Assembly: GCA_944392815.1 (NCBI GenBank)
Contig: CALXXY010000001.1
Span: forward strand, 1-64,000
Direction: 5' to 3'
From: an uncultured Alphaproteobacteria bacterium
GTDB lineage: Bacteria > Pseudomonadota > Alphaproteobacteria > Rs-D84
Length of the DNA: 64,000 nt
The notes beneath the pieces were generated by a model. The model was not told the DNA's origin, searched no databases, and worked only from the letters and a program-made list of their open reading frames with translations. Numbering within the stretch: position 1 is the stretch's first letter; every line of letters starts with the position of its first letter. Positions 9,625-19,507 of the stretch are shown one piece after another. Both the position numbers and the translations under genes were made by a program.

Positions 9625-10548
9625 TTATTCGTCATCGTCGGGGGTGGCGCGCGGGTGGGCGTGTTCATAAATGTTCGTTATTTCCGCCATGTTTACCCTG
9701 GTGTACAATTGGGTGGTGGACAAAGACGAATGTCCCAACAATTCCTGTAAACTGCGCAAATCTGCCCCACCCGCCAACAGTGCCGTGGCGAATGTATGTC
9801 GCAATGCGTGCGGCGTCACGTAATCAGGCAACTGTAAATAATGGCGTAATTTTTCAACAACCTTTTCCGCCATGCGTGCCGACATAGGCAGGCCGCGTAC
9901 ACTGCGGAACAATGGGTCGTTTAGTGAATTGCCGAACGGGCGCAATTGAATATATTTATCAATCGCATCCAATACCGTCGGCAAAGTCGGGACCAGGCGT
10001 TCTTTGCCGCCTTTGCCCAATATGCGTAATGTATCTGGGCGGCCGCGAATGTCGATGTTTTTTAACGATAACGCTTCGGATATACGCAGGCCGCACCCAA
10101 ACAGCAACATAACCAGTGCCCAATCGCGCGCAGCAATCCATGGTTCTGATTCATCAACAACTGCGATGGCGTCGTGCATATCCCGAACGTCGGTGACGTC
10201 GATTGCCTTGGACAATTTACGCGGAATTTTTGGTGATGAAATTAATCCAATCGCGTCATTTTTTATATCATGTGATTTGGCCAAAAATTTATAAAACCCA
10301 CGCAACGATGACAGTGCCCGCGCAGTCGATGTATGTGATAAATTTCGACGTGCCCTGTCGGCCAACCAGGCACGAAAACATACGGTGTCTGCGCGTGCCA
10401 CATCTGACAGCGAAACGTCCGCGCCAACATAGTTCCCCAGGAACCGAATAAAGTCGCGAATATCCGTTTCATACGCCGCAGATGTGTGCGCAGAATAGTT
10501 TTTAGTTTTTGTTAAATATTCAATAAATTCAATCAGATATTCCGACAT
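9625..10548 (-). CDS. xerC: Tyrosine recombinase XerC
   Basis: GLRISEA, GKGGKER, TPHALRHTFAT, LLGHSSLSTTQLYT. Confidence 0.88.
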   Translation of the reverse strand: MSEYLIEFIEYLTKTKNYSAHTSAAYETDIRDFIRFLGNYVGADVSLSDVARADTVCFRAWLADRARRNLSHTSTARALSSLRGFYKFLAKSHDIKNDAIGLISSPKIPRKLSKAIDVTDVRDMHDAIAVVDESEPWIAARDWALVMLLFGCGLRISEALSLKNIDIRGRPDTLRILGKGGKERLVPTLPTVLDAIDKYIQLRPFGNSLNDPLFRSVRGLPMSARMAEKVVEKLRHYLQLPDYVTPHALRHTFATALLAGGADLRSLQELLGHSSLSTTQLYTRVNMAEITNIYEHAHPRATPDDDE

Positions 10549-10550
10549 GT

Positions 10551-11294
10551 TTATTTAATTTCAAAACTTGCAGATACGCTGACGGAAACTTCGGTATCTT
10601 TGGCAACTATGCTGCCCGCGGCGGAAAATGCAGCGGCATCAGCGGCAACCATTTTGGTCGATGCAGTCAGGAAATTTGACGCCCGTGGTTGTATCGTTGA
10701 TGTGCCACCAACGTTGTATGAAACGCTTAACATTTTGCCCGCACTGCGACCGTCACCCGCCGCCAAAGCATCGGCACGTTCACGCGCATTTTCGACCGCC
10801 GCCGACAGGCAACTTTCCAAAATTGGTTTCATTGTTTCGGCACTGGTATACATGCGCAGATTTTCTGAATACACATCTTCCTGGCCGGCGAATTGGGTCA
10901 AGATTTTTTCAATCGTTTCGATGTTGTCGGCTGATACCTCGACTGCGATGGTTGTTTCTGTCCCCAGCACAACAGATTTTTCCAATTCACGATTCCATTC
11001 GCTGCGTTCGTATGAATTGAATTCGGTCGTCTGCATTTGGACGTCCTGGGTTTTCAGGAATTTTGTGATTTCATTGATTTTGTCCGTCGCCATTTTCATG
11101 GACGTGGCGGCCGATTTATCCAATGTTGTCACGCGCAGTGTGATTGCGGTTCTGTCCTTTGGCGCGGTGGTTAAACATTCGCCATTGACCGATATTACGC
11201 GTGGCGTGTCCGGTTTGTCCACCCAACCAAACAACAATGCCAACACGGCGCCAACGCCAATTACACTGCCCGTCCAAATTAATGCGTTTTTCAT
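10551..11294 (-). CDS. SIMPL/DUF541 domain protein
   Basis: N-terminal TM; ISVNGE..APKDRTAITL; AAVENARERADALA; VSVSASFEIK. Confidence 0.75.
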   Translation of the reverse strand: MKNALIWTGSVIGVGAVLALLFGWVDKPDTPRVISVNGECLTTAPKDRTAITLRVTTLDKSAATSMKMATDKINEITKFLKTQDVQMQTTEFNSYERSEWNRELEKSVVLGTETTIAVEVSADNIETIEKILTQFAGQEDVYSENLRMYTSAETMKPILESCLSAAVENARERADALAAGDGRSAGKMLSVSYNVGGTSTIQPRASNFLTASTKMVAADAAAFSAAGSIVAKDTEVSVSVSASFEIK

Positions 11295-11322
11295 GTTTTC
11301 TCCTTTACCTTGGTTTTATATT

Positions 11323-12315
11323 TTATCCCAACATAGCGTGATGAACGCGTTCATATGTTTTTTCCGCAACACTGCGCGCACGCGCAGCACCATCGGCCAA
11401 AATCCTGTCCAATTCAGACGTATTCGCCATTAACCGTTCGTATTCTGCGCGCGGGGCGGCCAATACCGAATTGATTTTTTCAAACAGTATTTTTTTCGCG
11501 TCACCATAACCCATGCCACCACGTTCAAAACGTGCGCGCAAATCCGCAATTTCTGTTGCTGTGGCAAAATGTTTGTACAATTGGAAAATTGTGGATTCGT
11601 CCGGATTTTTTGGTTCGTCTGGTAATTTGCTGTCCGTGATTATGCGCATAATTTTCTTTTTCAATTCGGATTCAGGCGCAAATAACGGGATAACATTATC
11701 GTACGATTTACTCATTTTCCGGCCGTCCAGCCCGGGGATTATGCCTGTGTCTGAACCAATCATGGGTTCGGGCAATTTAAACGTTTCGCCGTACAGGTGA
11801 TTGAAATAGCCCGCAATGTCACGCGCAAATTCAACGTGCTGTTTTTGGTCGGCACCAACAGGAACCACATCTGTATCGTACAGCAATATGTCCGCCGCCA
11901 TTAATATCGGATATGTATACAACCCCATATTCACCCCTGCATCAGGATCGGCGCCGGCGGCCTCGTTTTTTTCCAGGGCGGCCTTGTACGAATGGGCACG
12001 GTTCATTAACCCCTTTGGCGTGACGTTCATCAACATTGTGGACAGTTGTGAAACCTGGACTATGTCGGATTGGCGAAACAGCGTCGCATTGTCCAAATTC
12101 AGTCCCAACGCCAATAAAATCGCCGCTATTTCATATGTGTGTTGCTGAATTTGTTTTGGGTCATGAATGATATTCAATGCGTGCAAATCGGCAATAAACA
12201 CAAACGTTTTATCCGTTTTTGCCATTTCAATCAATGGTTTTAACGCACCAACATAGTTGCCCAAATGCGGTGTGCCAGTCGGTTTAATTCCAGTCAAAAC
12301 AGTTTTATCAGACAT
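11323..12315 (-). CDS. trpS: Tryptophan--tRNA ligase
   Basis: TGIKPTGTPHLGNY, YPILMAADIL, VPVGADQKQH, KMSKS. Confidence 0.96.
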   Translation of the reverse strand: MSDKTVLTGIKPTGTPHLGNYVGALKPLIEMAKTDKTFVFIADLHALNIIHDPKQIQQHTYEIAAILLALGLNLDNATLFRQSDIVQVSQLSTMLMNVTPKGLMNRAHSYKAALEKNEAAGADPDAGVNMGLYTYPILMAADILLYDTDVVPVGADQKQHVEFARDIAGYFNHLYGETFKLPEPMIGSDTGIIPGLDGRKMSKSYDNVIPLFAPESELKKKIMRIITDSKLPDEPKNPDESTIFQLYKHFATATEIADLRARFERGGMGYGDAKKILFEKINSVLAAPRAEYERLMANTSELDRILADGAARARSVAEKTYERVHHAMLG

Positions 12316-12417
12316 TATAATTTCCTTTTGCGTTTTATGATAACTTGTTTAGATTTCTTTTACCAGTAAAAAGAAATCCCACCGGAATCGGTGGGATTGA
12401 ATCTGTTCTGTTTTTTA

Positions 12418-13050
12418 TTAACGAGAATAGAATTCGACGACCAGTTCCGGGAACATCTGGACCGGGTACGGAACATCTTCGAATGCCGGGACACGGGTAA
12501 ATGTCGCGGTGAAGTTCGCACTGTCCACGTTGATATAATCCGGCCACTGACGTTCGGCGGATTCCAACGCCAACACGACCAACGGCATTTGTTTGGCCTT
12601 TTCGCTGACGGTGATGACATCGCCCGGTTTTACCTGATACGATGCGATTTTCACGCGTTTGCCGTTAACATAGATGTGGCCGTGGCTGACCAACTGGCGG
12701 GCCGAAAATACAGTCGGCGCCAATTTAGCACGATACACAACCGCGTCCAAACGGCGTTCCAACAGACCAATCAAATTGTCCGGTGTGTCACCGCGCATGT
12801 TGTCGGCCTCGATATAATATTTACGGAATTTCTTTTCGCCGATGTTGCCATAATAGCCCTTTAACGTCTGTTTTGCGCGCATCTGTTTTGCGTAATCAGA
12901 CGAATTGCCACCGCGTGATGTTGGACCATGCTGGCCAGGTTTATATTTACGTTTGTTAAATGGCGATTTCGCCTGGCCCCACAGATTGACACCCAAACTG
13001 CGGCCGATTTTCAATTTTCTTGTGCTGCGCTTTGCGCCTGCTCTTGCCAT
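12418..13050 (-). CDS. rpsD: 30S ribosomal protein S4
   Basis: [34 protein letters not shown]. Confidence 0.97.
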   Translation of the reverse strand: MARAGAKRSTRKLKIGRSLGVNLWGQAKSPFNKRKYKPGQHGPTSRGGNSSDYAKQMRAKQTLKGYYGNIGEKKFRKYYIEADNMRGDTPDNLIGLLERRLDAVVYRAKLAPTVFSARQLVSHGHIYVNGKRVKIASYQVKPGDVITVSEKAKQMPLVVLALESAERQWPDYINVDSANFTATFTRVPAFEDVPYPVQMFPELVVEFYSR

Positions 13051-13169
13051 AATTAATATCCTTTTGTTTTTGGTTTTTTATGGTGCCGGACATTTCACAG
13101 AATCCTTATCGTCAATATGACCAAAATACATATTGCTTATTCAGTTCTGGTTATCCAGCGGCGTTCAGT

Positions 13170-14024
13170 TTATATTGTTTTTCGCGAAAAATCAAGTAAA
13201 TTGTGTAATGTTGCAAAGTTGGTCACCCCGCAATCGCGCGCAAATTTATATGCATCGTCAAAATGACGCCCCAACTGGCATGATTTATGCGCGTCGTCCG
13301 ACAATAATACCGGAATATTTTTTGCCGCAGCCGCACGCAGAATACGCGCAGACGGGTACGGTTCATATATTTCCGGTTTGTACAGGCCTGTGTTGATTTC
13401 CATGGCAATGCCGGCGGCCGCAATGGCGTCCAGTGCACGATTTTCCGCCGTGCACCATTTTTCGTCACGCCCCAGGCCAACCTTTTTCGGTAAATCAATG
13501 TGCGCAATCCATGTAAACAGCCCGCTGGCTGCGGCGGCGGCAACTTTGTCCCAATACATTTGCAGCATTTTATCACGCACGTCCGGCGTTGCGTTTGCCA
13601 TATCGTGCACATTGCACAGATTATCGTCATAATACACAAAATGCGACGAACCTATGACATAATCGGGGTGCAGTTCATCAATCGCGCGTAAAAATCCGTC
13701 GCGCCACCAGGCGGTGGGGAAAAAGTCCACCTCCATTCCGCACAGAATTCGCATGTCTGTATCGGATTGAAATTTGCGCAATTCCGCATAATGCGGGCGA
13801 AATTTTTCCATAACGCGGTCAAAAGAATCCAAATAAATCGCGTCGTACCCGCCACGAACCGCATGCGGATACATGCGGGCGCGCGTAATGTCTGGGTGCA
13901 CAATGAAATGATTTGATACCCCCAACACGCTGAACCCGGCGGCACGCGCGGACGCGGCCATTTCGGCAATGGTGTTTGCACCGTCAAATCCGACTGTGTG
14001 CGTGTGCAGAGTGAACGTTTGCAT
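13170..14024 (-). CDS. PHP-family phosphoesterase (HisJ-type histidinol phosphatase-like)
   Basis: HTHT, GVSNH, GMEVD, YVIGSSH, AHIDL, EINT, YPS, SDDAH. Confidence 0.8.
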   Translation of the reverse strand: MQTFTLHTHTVGFDGANTIAEMAASARAAGFSVLGVSNHFIVHPDITRARMYPHAVRGGYDAIYLDSFDRVMEKFRPHYAELRKFQSDTDMRILCGMEVDFFPTAWWRDGFLRAIDELHPDYVIGSSHFVYYDDNLCNVHDMANATPDVRDKMLQMYWDKVAAAAASGLFTWIAHIDLPKKVGLGRDEKWCTAENRALDAIAAAGIAMEINTGLYKPEIYEPYPSARILRAAAAKNIPVLLSDDAHKSCQLGRHFDDAYKFARDCGVTNFATLHNLLDFSRKTI

Positions 14025-14025
14025 A

Positions 14026-14565
14026 TTAGAATTTTACCTGGGGGGCAACCTTTTCGGATTCGTCCATTTCAAACATTTGTTCTTGGGTGATGTTAAACAT
14101 GCGCGCAACCAAATTCGATGGGAACTGTTCAATTTGCGTATTCAGCCCCATAACAACATTATTGTAAAACTGGCGCGCCGCCTGGATTTTAGTTTCCGTG
14201 TCGGTCAATTCGCGCTGTAATTCCAGAAAATTTTCGTTCGCCCGCAAAGTCGGATAATTTTCAGAAATTGCGAACAGATTTTTCAATGTTTCGGTTAATT
14301 TATTTTCTGCGTCTGCACGATTTGCGCCACCCGCCGCCATGGCCGCGTCGCGCGCACGCGTGACGGATTCCAGTGTTTCGCGTTCATGCTTGGCCGCGCC
14401 ACGCACTGTTTCAATTAAATTCGGAATTAAATCATAACGCCGTTTTAATTGTGTGTCGATTGTGGACCAGGCCTCGCGTACTTGATTACGGCGCGCGACA
14501 AGTCCGTTGTACACGGCGATAAAATACAATAATATTACGGCAACGATTGCAATTGTGGTCCACAT
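14026..14565 (-). CDS. lemA: LemA family protein
   Basis: YNGLV, AWSTIDTQLKRRYDLIPNL, ENYPTLRANENF, ARQFYN, FPSN; start at ATG 14565 after GGAG. Confidence 0.92.
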   Translation of the reverse strand: MWTTIAIVAVILLYFIAVYNGLVARRNQVREAWSTIDTQLKRRYDLIPNLIETVRGAAKHERETLESVTRARDAAMAAGGANRADAENKLTETLKNLFAISENYPTLRANENFLELQRELTDTETKIQAARQFYNNVVMGLNTQIEQFPSNLVARMFNITQEQMFEMDESEKVAPQVKF

Positions 14566-14635
14566 AGTAAAAACTCCCTTTGGTTCGTTATGTGTTTTAT
14601 TGTATACGCAGGAATTAATAAAAGCAAATCGTTTT

Positions 14636-15050
14636 CTGCGTGTGCGCTGCGCGCAGAGTGATATTATTGTCACGCACAGCGTGACAATAATAGAGTGGAG
14701 AGTGTAGAGTTTAGAGTGTAGATGTTGTCCGCGCATATGCGCGGGACATACTCTCCCCCTGTCATTCCCGCGTAGGCGGGAATAGGGTCTATAAAATTCG
14801 TATCGCGGATTGTGTAATAATAAAAACACAACACGGAATTATTCCCCCAATTAAATAACTAATAACAACCACAGCCCTATTCCCGCCTACGCGGGAATGA
14901 CAGAATGTTTGTTGTGCGGGGCTCTGGGCGCGGGAATGACAGAGTATAGAGAGGAAGTGTTTTTTCTTGAACTCTCTAACCACCCCCGCCCGGTGTGGCG
15001 GTGGGCATTCGGGTGTGACGTTATTCGTATACCACTGCTGAGTATGGGGA
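14636..15050 (+). repeat. Modular intergenic repeat, copy 2 (heptamer array plus dRS3-like inverted pair)
   Basis: Same heptamer/palindrome block as 9490-9546; 28-bp inverted repeats at 14760-14787 and 14875-14902; tail shared with copy 5. Confidence 0.85.
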
Positions 15051-15099
15051 ATAAAAAAATCCCACCAATCGGCGGGATTTTGAATACAAATCAAACGAT

Positions 15100-15372
15100 T
15101 TAGTTCAACGCATCTTTCAACGCTTTGCCTGGTTTGAATTTCGGCTGAGTGGAAGCCGGAATCTTTATCGCGGCACCTGTCTGAGGATTGCGGCCTGTTG
15201 TGGCTTTGCGTTTTGCTGTTGTAAATGTGCCGAAACCAACCAAGCGAACTTCGCCTTTCTTTTTCAGAACTTTGGTCACTGTGTTGATGAAAGCGTCCAG
15301 GCATGCTGCTGCTGTTGCTTTGGTCACTTCGACTTCGTTTGCGATTGCTTCAATCAATTGCTGTTTGTTCAT
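15100..15372 (-). CDS. hup: DNA-binding protein HU
   Basis: MNKQQLIEAIA, LVGFGTF, GRNPQTG, PKFKPGKALKDA. Confidence 0.95.
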   Translation of the reverse strand: MNKQQLIEAIANEVEVTKATAAACLDAFINTVTKVLKKKGEVRLVGFGTFTTAKRKATTGRNPQTGAAIKIPASTQPKFKPGKALKDALN

Positions 15373-15404
15373 TGTGTTTTCTCCTTTCATATAAATTTAT
15401 ACAA

Positions 15405-15554
15405 GGTGTCCGGCAGTCCCCAAGCAATGCCTGTGGAATCATACCCCGCGGGTGTGCGCCATTTTTTTACAGTGCTGTGACGCAAACCTTTGTATTCCAC
15501 GGACATTGCCTGTGCTGCTTACCCGAATCGTAGAGAATTCGGGCGTTCAAGTCA
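15405..15554 (-). promoter_or_regulatory. Sigma70 promoter and structured 5' leader of hup
   Basis: TTGACT-N17-TACGAT on the minus strand; long stem GGCAATG..CGTGGAAT / ATTCCACA..CATTGCT. Confidence 0.55.
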
Positions 15555-15603
15555 AGAGCATATTTAATATTTGATAAATTTTCTGATTGTTGACAAAAAC
15601 ACG

Positions 15604-16080
15604 TTAATTGTGCACCGCATCATAGCGAACCGCACGCGCACCGGGCGTGTCAGATTCACACAGCACATATTCGCCGGACAATCCGTCAACCGTCACTGTG
15701 CGAAAATGGTTTGGTGTCATTACGAACAACAGTACAATCACACTTACCCAGAACGTATATTTGGTTAATTGCCAGGGCTTTTTAAAACTGTCGCGTTTGA
15801 ATGAATCGCTTAACAAATTCTGGTACAATGACCACCCCCAACTGAACGCCAACAGCATAACAACCGCAAACAGCGCAATGATAAAATAACGATGGAACGG
15901 CTGCAACGCTGTTGCGAATCCGTCCCAAAAAGTGCTGTCCGTGGGGCAAATATACAACGCGTACGGCACAGATTCCGCAGACAGTGCAATTGGGGCGTTC
16001 GGCGCCAACTGTAATCCGAACGACACAACAATTACTATCGATACCAATGCGACTATGGCAAACAGCATTAATGGTTTCAT
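15604..16080 (-). CDS. hypothetical membrane protein
   Basis: Three hydrophobic segments. Confidence 0.65.
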   Translation of the reverse strand: MKPLMLFAIVALVSIVIVVSFGLQLAPNAPIALSAESVPYALYICPTDSTFWDGFATALQPFHRYFIIALFAVVMLLAFSWGWSLYQNLLSDSFKRDSFKKPWQLTKYTFWVSVIVLLFVMTPNHFRTVTVDGLSGEYVLCESDTPGARAVRYDAVHN

Positions 16081-16159
16081 GTGTGATTCCCCAAAAAATC
16101 TTTGTATATATTATATCATATTATTGCAATTTGATAAACTTTTATTTACAATCGTCGTT

Positions 16160-16972
16160 ATGATGCACAAAAAAAGCAATATCGTGGTTGGAATTACAAC
16201 ATTTAACAACGAAATGTTGCGGATTTCTGTGCCTGCGTTGGGAAAAATTCGTCAGAAATTTACTTTGATTATATACAACGACAATCCTATGACGAATGTT
16301 AATCGGCGTTGCATCAGGAAACTGGGGTATTGCGGCGATTTGATTATTATAAACACAGATGAAAACATCGGGCAATTACGGGCACGCATGGCCATTGTTG
16401 ACACTGCACGGGATTTGCGCCCGGAATGGATTGTTTTTTGTGACGACGACGATATTTTGACCGATTTGGAAATTCCACATGTGGCGGACGATAATTTTGC
16501 CATTATCCAGGGCGGAATTATATTGCGCCATCGCGTGGGCGATTTGTTGCGTGCAATGGAAAATCCTGGGGACGTTGATGTTGACGGCGAAAACACAGAA
16601 CTGGTACGCCCACGGTTGGCTGTGGCGGGCACGCCAATACGCGCAAAAACATTGTTTGGATTGGCGAAAATTATGCCGGACATGTATGATGCCATCGCGC
16701 GCATTGATGAAAAATTTGAATTTTATCCGCCTGTGGACACAATGATGTGGAATTTTGTAAACATATATGCACGCCATGTAAACCCGAACGCAGTGCCAAT
16801 TTATATGGATAAAATAAACTATATCAAAAATGAAATCGATACAGCACGCATGAAATATGGGCGTTTGGCGCGTCCTGTGCGAAATGCAGATGAACATTAT
16901 CGGCGGGCAATCGAAAAATATGACGCAGTGTTGCATGACGCGATTGGCGTGGCGGCCGCCCTGCGGGGCTGA
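16160..16972 (+). CDS. GT-A fold glycosyltransferase-like protein
   Basis: VGITTFN, IIYNDN, ENIGQLRAR, WIVFCDDDD; start reassigned to 16160. Confidence 0.7.
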   Translation: MMHKKSNIVVGITTFNNEMLRISVPALGKIRQKFTLIIYNDNPMTNVNRRCIRKLGYCGDLIIINTDENIGQLRARMAIVDTARDLRPEWIVFCDDDDILTDLEIPHVADDNFAIIQGGIILRHRVGDLLRAMENPGDVDVDGENTELVRPRLAVAGTPIRAKTLFGLAKIMPDMYDAIARIDEKFEFYPPVDTMMWNFVNIYARHVNPNAVPIYMDKINYIKNEIDTARMKYGRLARPVRNADEHYRRAIEKYDAVLHDAIGVAAALRG

Positions 16973-17071
16973 TACGATTTATTTATAATTATTTTCATAA
17001 AACATAAATATCTGATTGAAACCACGGTGGAATATGTATAAAATTGCACCGACAATAAACAGGGAACCAAA

Positions 17072-19129
17072 ATGAAATACAATGACATTCGTAAAACTTT
17101 TTTAGATTACTTTGAATCGCACGGGCATAAAATTGTGCCGTCTGCGTCGCTGATACCAAACGATCCGACGCTGTTATTCACGGTCGCCGGCATGGTCCCA
17201 TGGAAGGGTATTTTACAGGGAACCGAACCTGCATTTGCACCACGCGTTGCCGACGTTCAGAAATGTATTCGCGCGGGCGGCAAACACAACGATTTGGACG
17301 AGGTTGGATTTGACGGCCGGCATCATACTTTTTTTGAAATGCTGGGCAATTGGTCGTTTGGCGATTATTTCAAAGCCGGTGCTATTGAAATGTCGTGGGA
17401 TTTGTTGACCAACGTGTTAAAACTGGATCCGGCACGTTTGCGCGTGACAACGCATGTGACCGATGACGAATCCACAGAAATATGGCGTCGCGTTGCCGGC
17501 AAAGAGGCCATTCGCATGGGCGACAAAGACAACTGGTGGTCGGCGGGCGACACCGGCCCATGTGGTCCATGCACTGAAATATTTTATGATTTCGGTGATA
17601 CATTTGAAAACGAAGACGACAGATGGGTTGAAATCTGGAACGACGTGTTTATGCAATATGACCGCGACGCGAACGGCAATTTGACGCCGTTGCCAAAACA
17701 AAATGTTGATACAGGTGGCGGTCTGGAACGCTGGGCGGCATTGTTGCAAAACAAAGTCGATAATTTCGATACTGATTTGTTTGTAAATTTAATCAATGCG
17801 ACCCAGGATATTGTCGGCGTGAAAAAAACACCTGAAAACACGCCGTCGTTTAAAATCATCGCAGACCACCTGCGTGCGGTTGGCTTTGCAATCGCGGACG
17901 GGGTTATCCCCAGCAATACCGACCGTGGGTATGTAATTCGTCGCATATTGCGCCGCGCAATGCGTCATGGGCAAATGCTGGGGCACCGCGGGGCTTTGTT
18001 GTCCAAATTATATCCTGCGTTGATTACAGAAATGGGCGAAGCGTATCCTGAATTGGCACGCGAAGAAAAGCGCGTTGTTGAAATTATCGAAAACGAAGAA
18101 AACGCATTCGCTGATATGCTGCAAAACGGCATGAAATTGTTGGATATCGAAATTCCCAAGGTGCAAAACGGCATTTTGCCCGGCGAAATCGCGTTCAAAT
18201 TATTTGATACATACGGATTCCCGCTGGATTTAACCCAAATGATTTTGCGCGAAAAAAATATAGATGTCGATGTGGCTGGATTCGAACGCGCCATGGCCGA
18301 ACAAAAAGAACGCAGCCGCGCCAATACCAAAGGCACGCGGACACTGTGGGAATCGCAAACTGAATTGCCCGACACCGATGACCATTATAAATACGCGCCG
18401 GACGCAAATTTAACATCAACCGTATTGGCAATTTTGCGCGATGGCGAATTTGTACAAAGTGCAAAATCTGGGGACGAAGTCGAAGTGGCTTTGGACAAAA
18501 CCAATTTCTATGGCACCCAGGGCGGCCAGGTTGGCGACGCCGGCGAATTGGTGGCGAACGGCACAACAATCATGACCGTGACCGAGGCCGCACGCGTTGA
18601 TAACGTCGTGATTCACCGCGGGACTTTGGTGGGTGATTTGGCTGTTGGTGATACAGTGCAAACGAAAATTAATGCGGCCACGCGTCAACAAACTGCACGT
18701 GCACACACGGCAACCCACCTGTTGCAGGCGGCGTTGCGTCATGTGCTGAACGAAGATGTCGAACAGCGCGGTTCCAAAGTGTCGCCTGATTCTGTGCGAT
18801 TTGACTTTTCGTTTGGGCGCGCAATGACGGCCGACGAAAAACAGGCGGTCGAAGATTTAGTTAACAAATGGATTGCGGACGATATGCCTGTCGCACACGA
18901 AGAAATGTCCATTGACGACGCAAAAAAACGTGGTGCAATGGCTTTGTTCGGCGAAAAATATGGCGACGTGGTAAAGGTTATTTCGGCCGGCGATGTATCG
19001 TGCGAATTGTGCGGTGGCACACACGTGTATCACACTGGCGAAATAATTCACGCGCGTGTAAACAAAGAAAAATCCATCAGCAGCGGCATTCGCCGTATAA
19101 CAATGTCCGTTGGAACATTGGCAGAATAA
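17072..19129 (+). CDS. alaS: Alanine--tRNA ligase (C-Ala domain absent)
   Basis: HHTFFEMLGNWSFGDYFK, GPCGPCTEI, HTATHLL, ELCGGTHV, SSGIRRI. Confidence 0.96.
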   Translation: MKYNDIRKTFLDYFESHGHKIVPSASLIPNDPTLLFTVAGMVPWKGILQGTEPAFAPRVADVQKCIRAGGKHNDLDEVGFDGRHHTFFEMLGNWSFGDYFKAGAIEMSWDLLTNVLKLDPARLRVTTHVTDDESTEIWRRVAGKEAIRMGDKDNWWSAGDTGPCGPCTEIFYDFGDTFENEDDRWVEIWNDVFMQYDRDANGNLTPLPKQNVDTGGGLERWAALLQNKVDNFDTDLFVNLINATQDIVGVKKTPENTPSFKIIADHLRAVGFAIADGVIPSNTDRGYVIRRILRRAMRHGQMLGHRGALLSKLYPALITEMGEAYPELAREEKRVVEIIENEENAFADMLQNGMKLLDIEIPKVQNGILPGEIAFKLFDTYGFPLDLTQMILREKNIDVDVAGFERAMAEQKERSRANTKGTRTLWESQTELPDTDDHYKYAPDANLTSTVLAILRDGEFVQSAKSGDEVEVALDKTNFYGTQGGQVGDAGELVANGTTIMTVTEAARVDNVVIHRGTLVGDLAVGDTVQTKINAATRQQTARAHTATHLLQAALRHVLNEDVEQRGSKVSPDSVRFDFSFGRAMTADEKQAVEDLVNKWIADDMPVAHEEMSIDDAKKRGAMALFGEKYGDVVKVISAGDVSCELCGGTHVYHTGEIIHARVNKEKSISSGIRRITMSVGTLAE

Positions 19130-19132
19130 AAA

Positions 19133-19478
19133 ATTCCCGCGCGTATGCGCGGGAATAATAGAGTGTAGAGTGAAGAGTTTAGAGTGTAGATAATGTCTGC
19201 GGGCGGTACGCCCGCAGTGCTTTTTTTATTTACTGGATCGCCACGCTTTGCTCGCGATGACAAGGGGGACGAAGTGGATAATTACGCACTCTCTAACCAC
19301 CCCGCCCCGTTGGGGCACCCCTCCAATGGAGGGGAACTTATTCTGCGACGGGACGAAGGCCAAGTTCCCCTCTGCGGAGGGGTGCCGGCTATGCCGGCGG
19401 GGTGGTCATTGTACCCCCCGTTGTGCAAAGCATGCCCCCCGCCAGAGGCGGTGGGCATTACTTGCACCCTACACTCTA
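19133..19478 (+). repeat. Modular intergenic repeat, copy 3
   Basis: Heptamer array, CTGGATCGCCACGCTTTGCTCGCGATGACA block, inverted CCCCTCC/GGAGGGG pair at 19296-19406, inverted heptamer CTACACTCTA at the right end. Confidence 0.88.
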
Positions 19479-19507
19479 ATAAAAAACGGGGCGGTGCCCC
19501 GTTTTTT

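Noticed and set aside
9625-10548. Tyrosine recombinase as a phage or island integrase
   Set aside because: Size, motifs and housekeeping operon context fit chromosomal XerC.
10600-11433. Long antisense ORFs (also 23415-23966, 33803-34402, 37528-38199, 46588-47286, 55483-56262)
   Set aside because: Shadow frames opposite well-supported genes, with no recognisable motifs.
14566-14829. N-terminal extension of the LemA ORF
   Set aside because: It runs through repeat copy 2; the real start is ATG 14565 with an SD.
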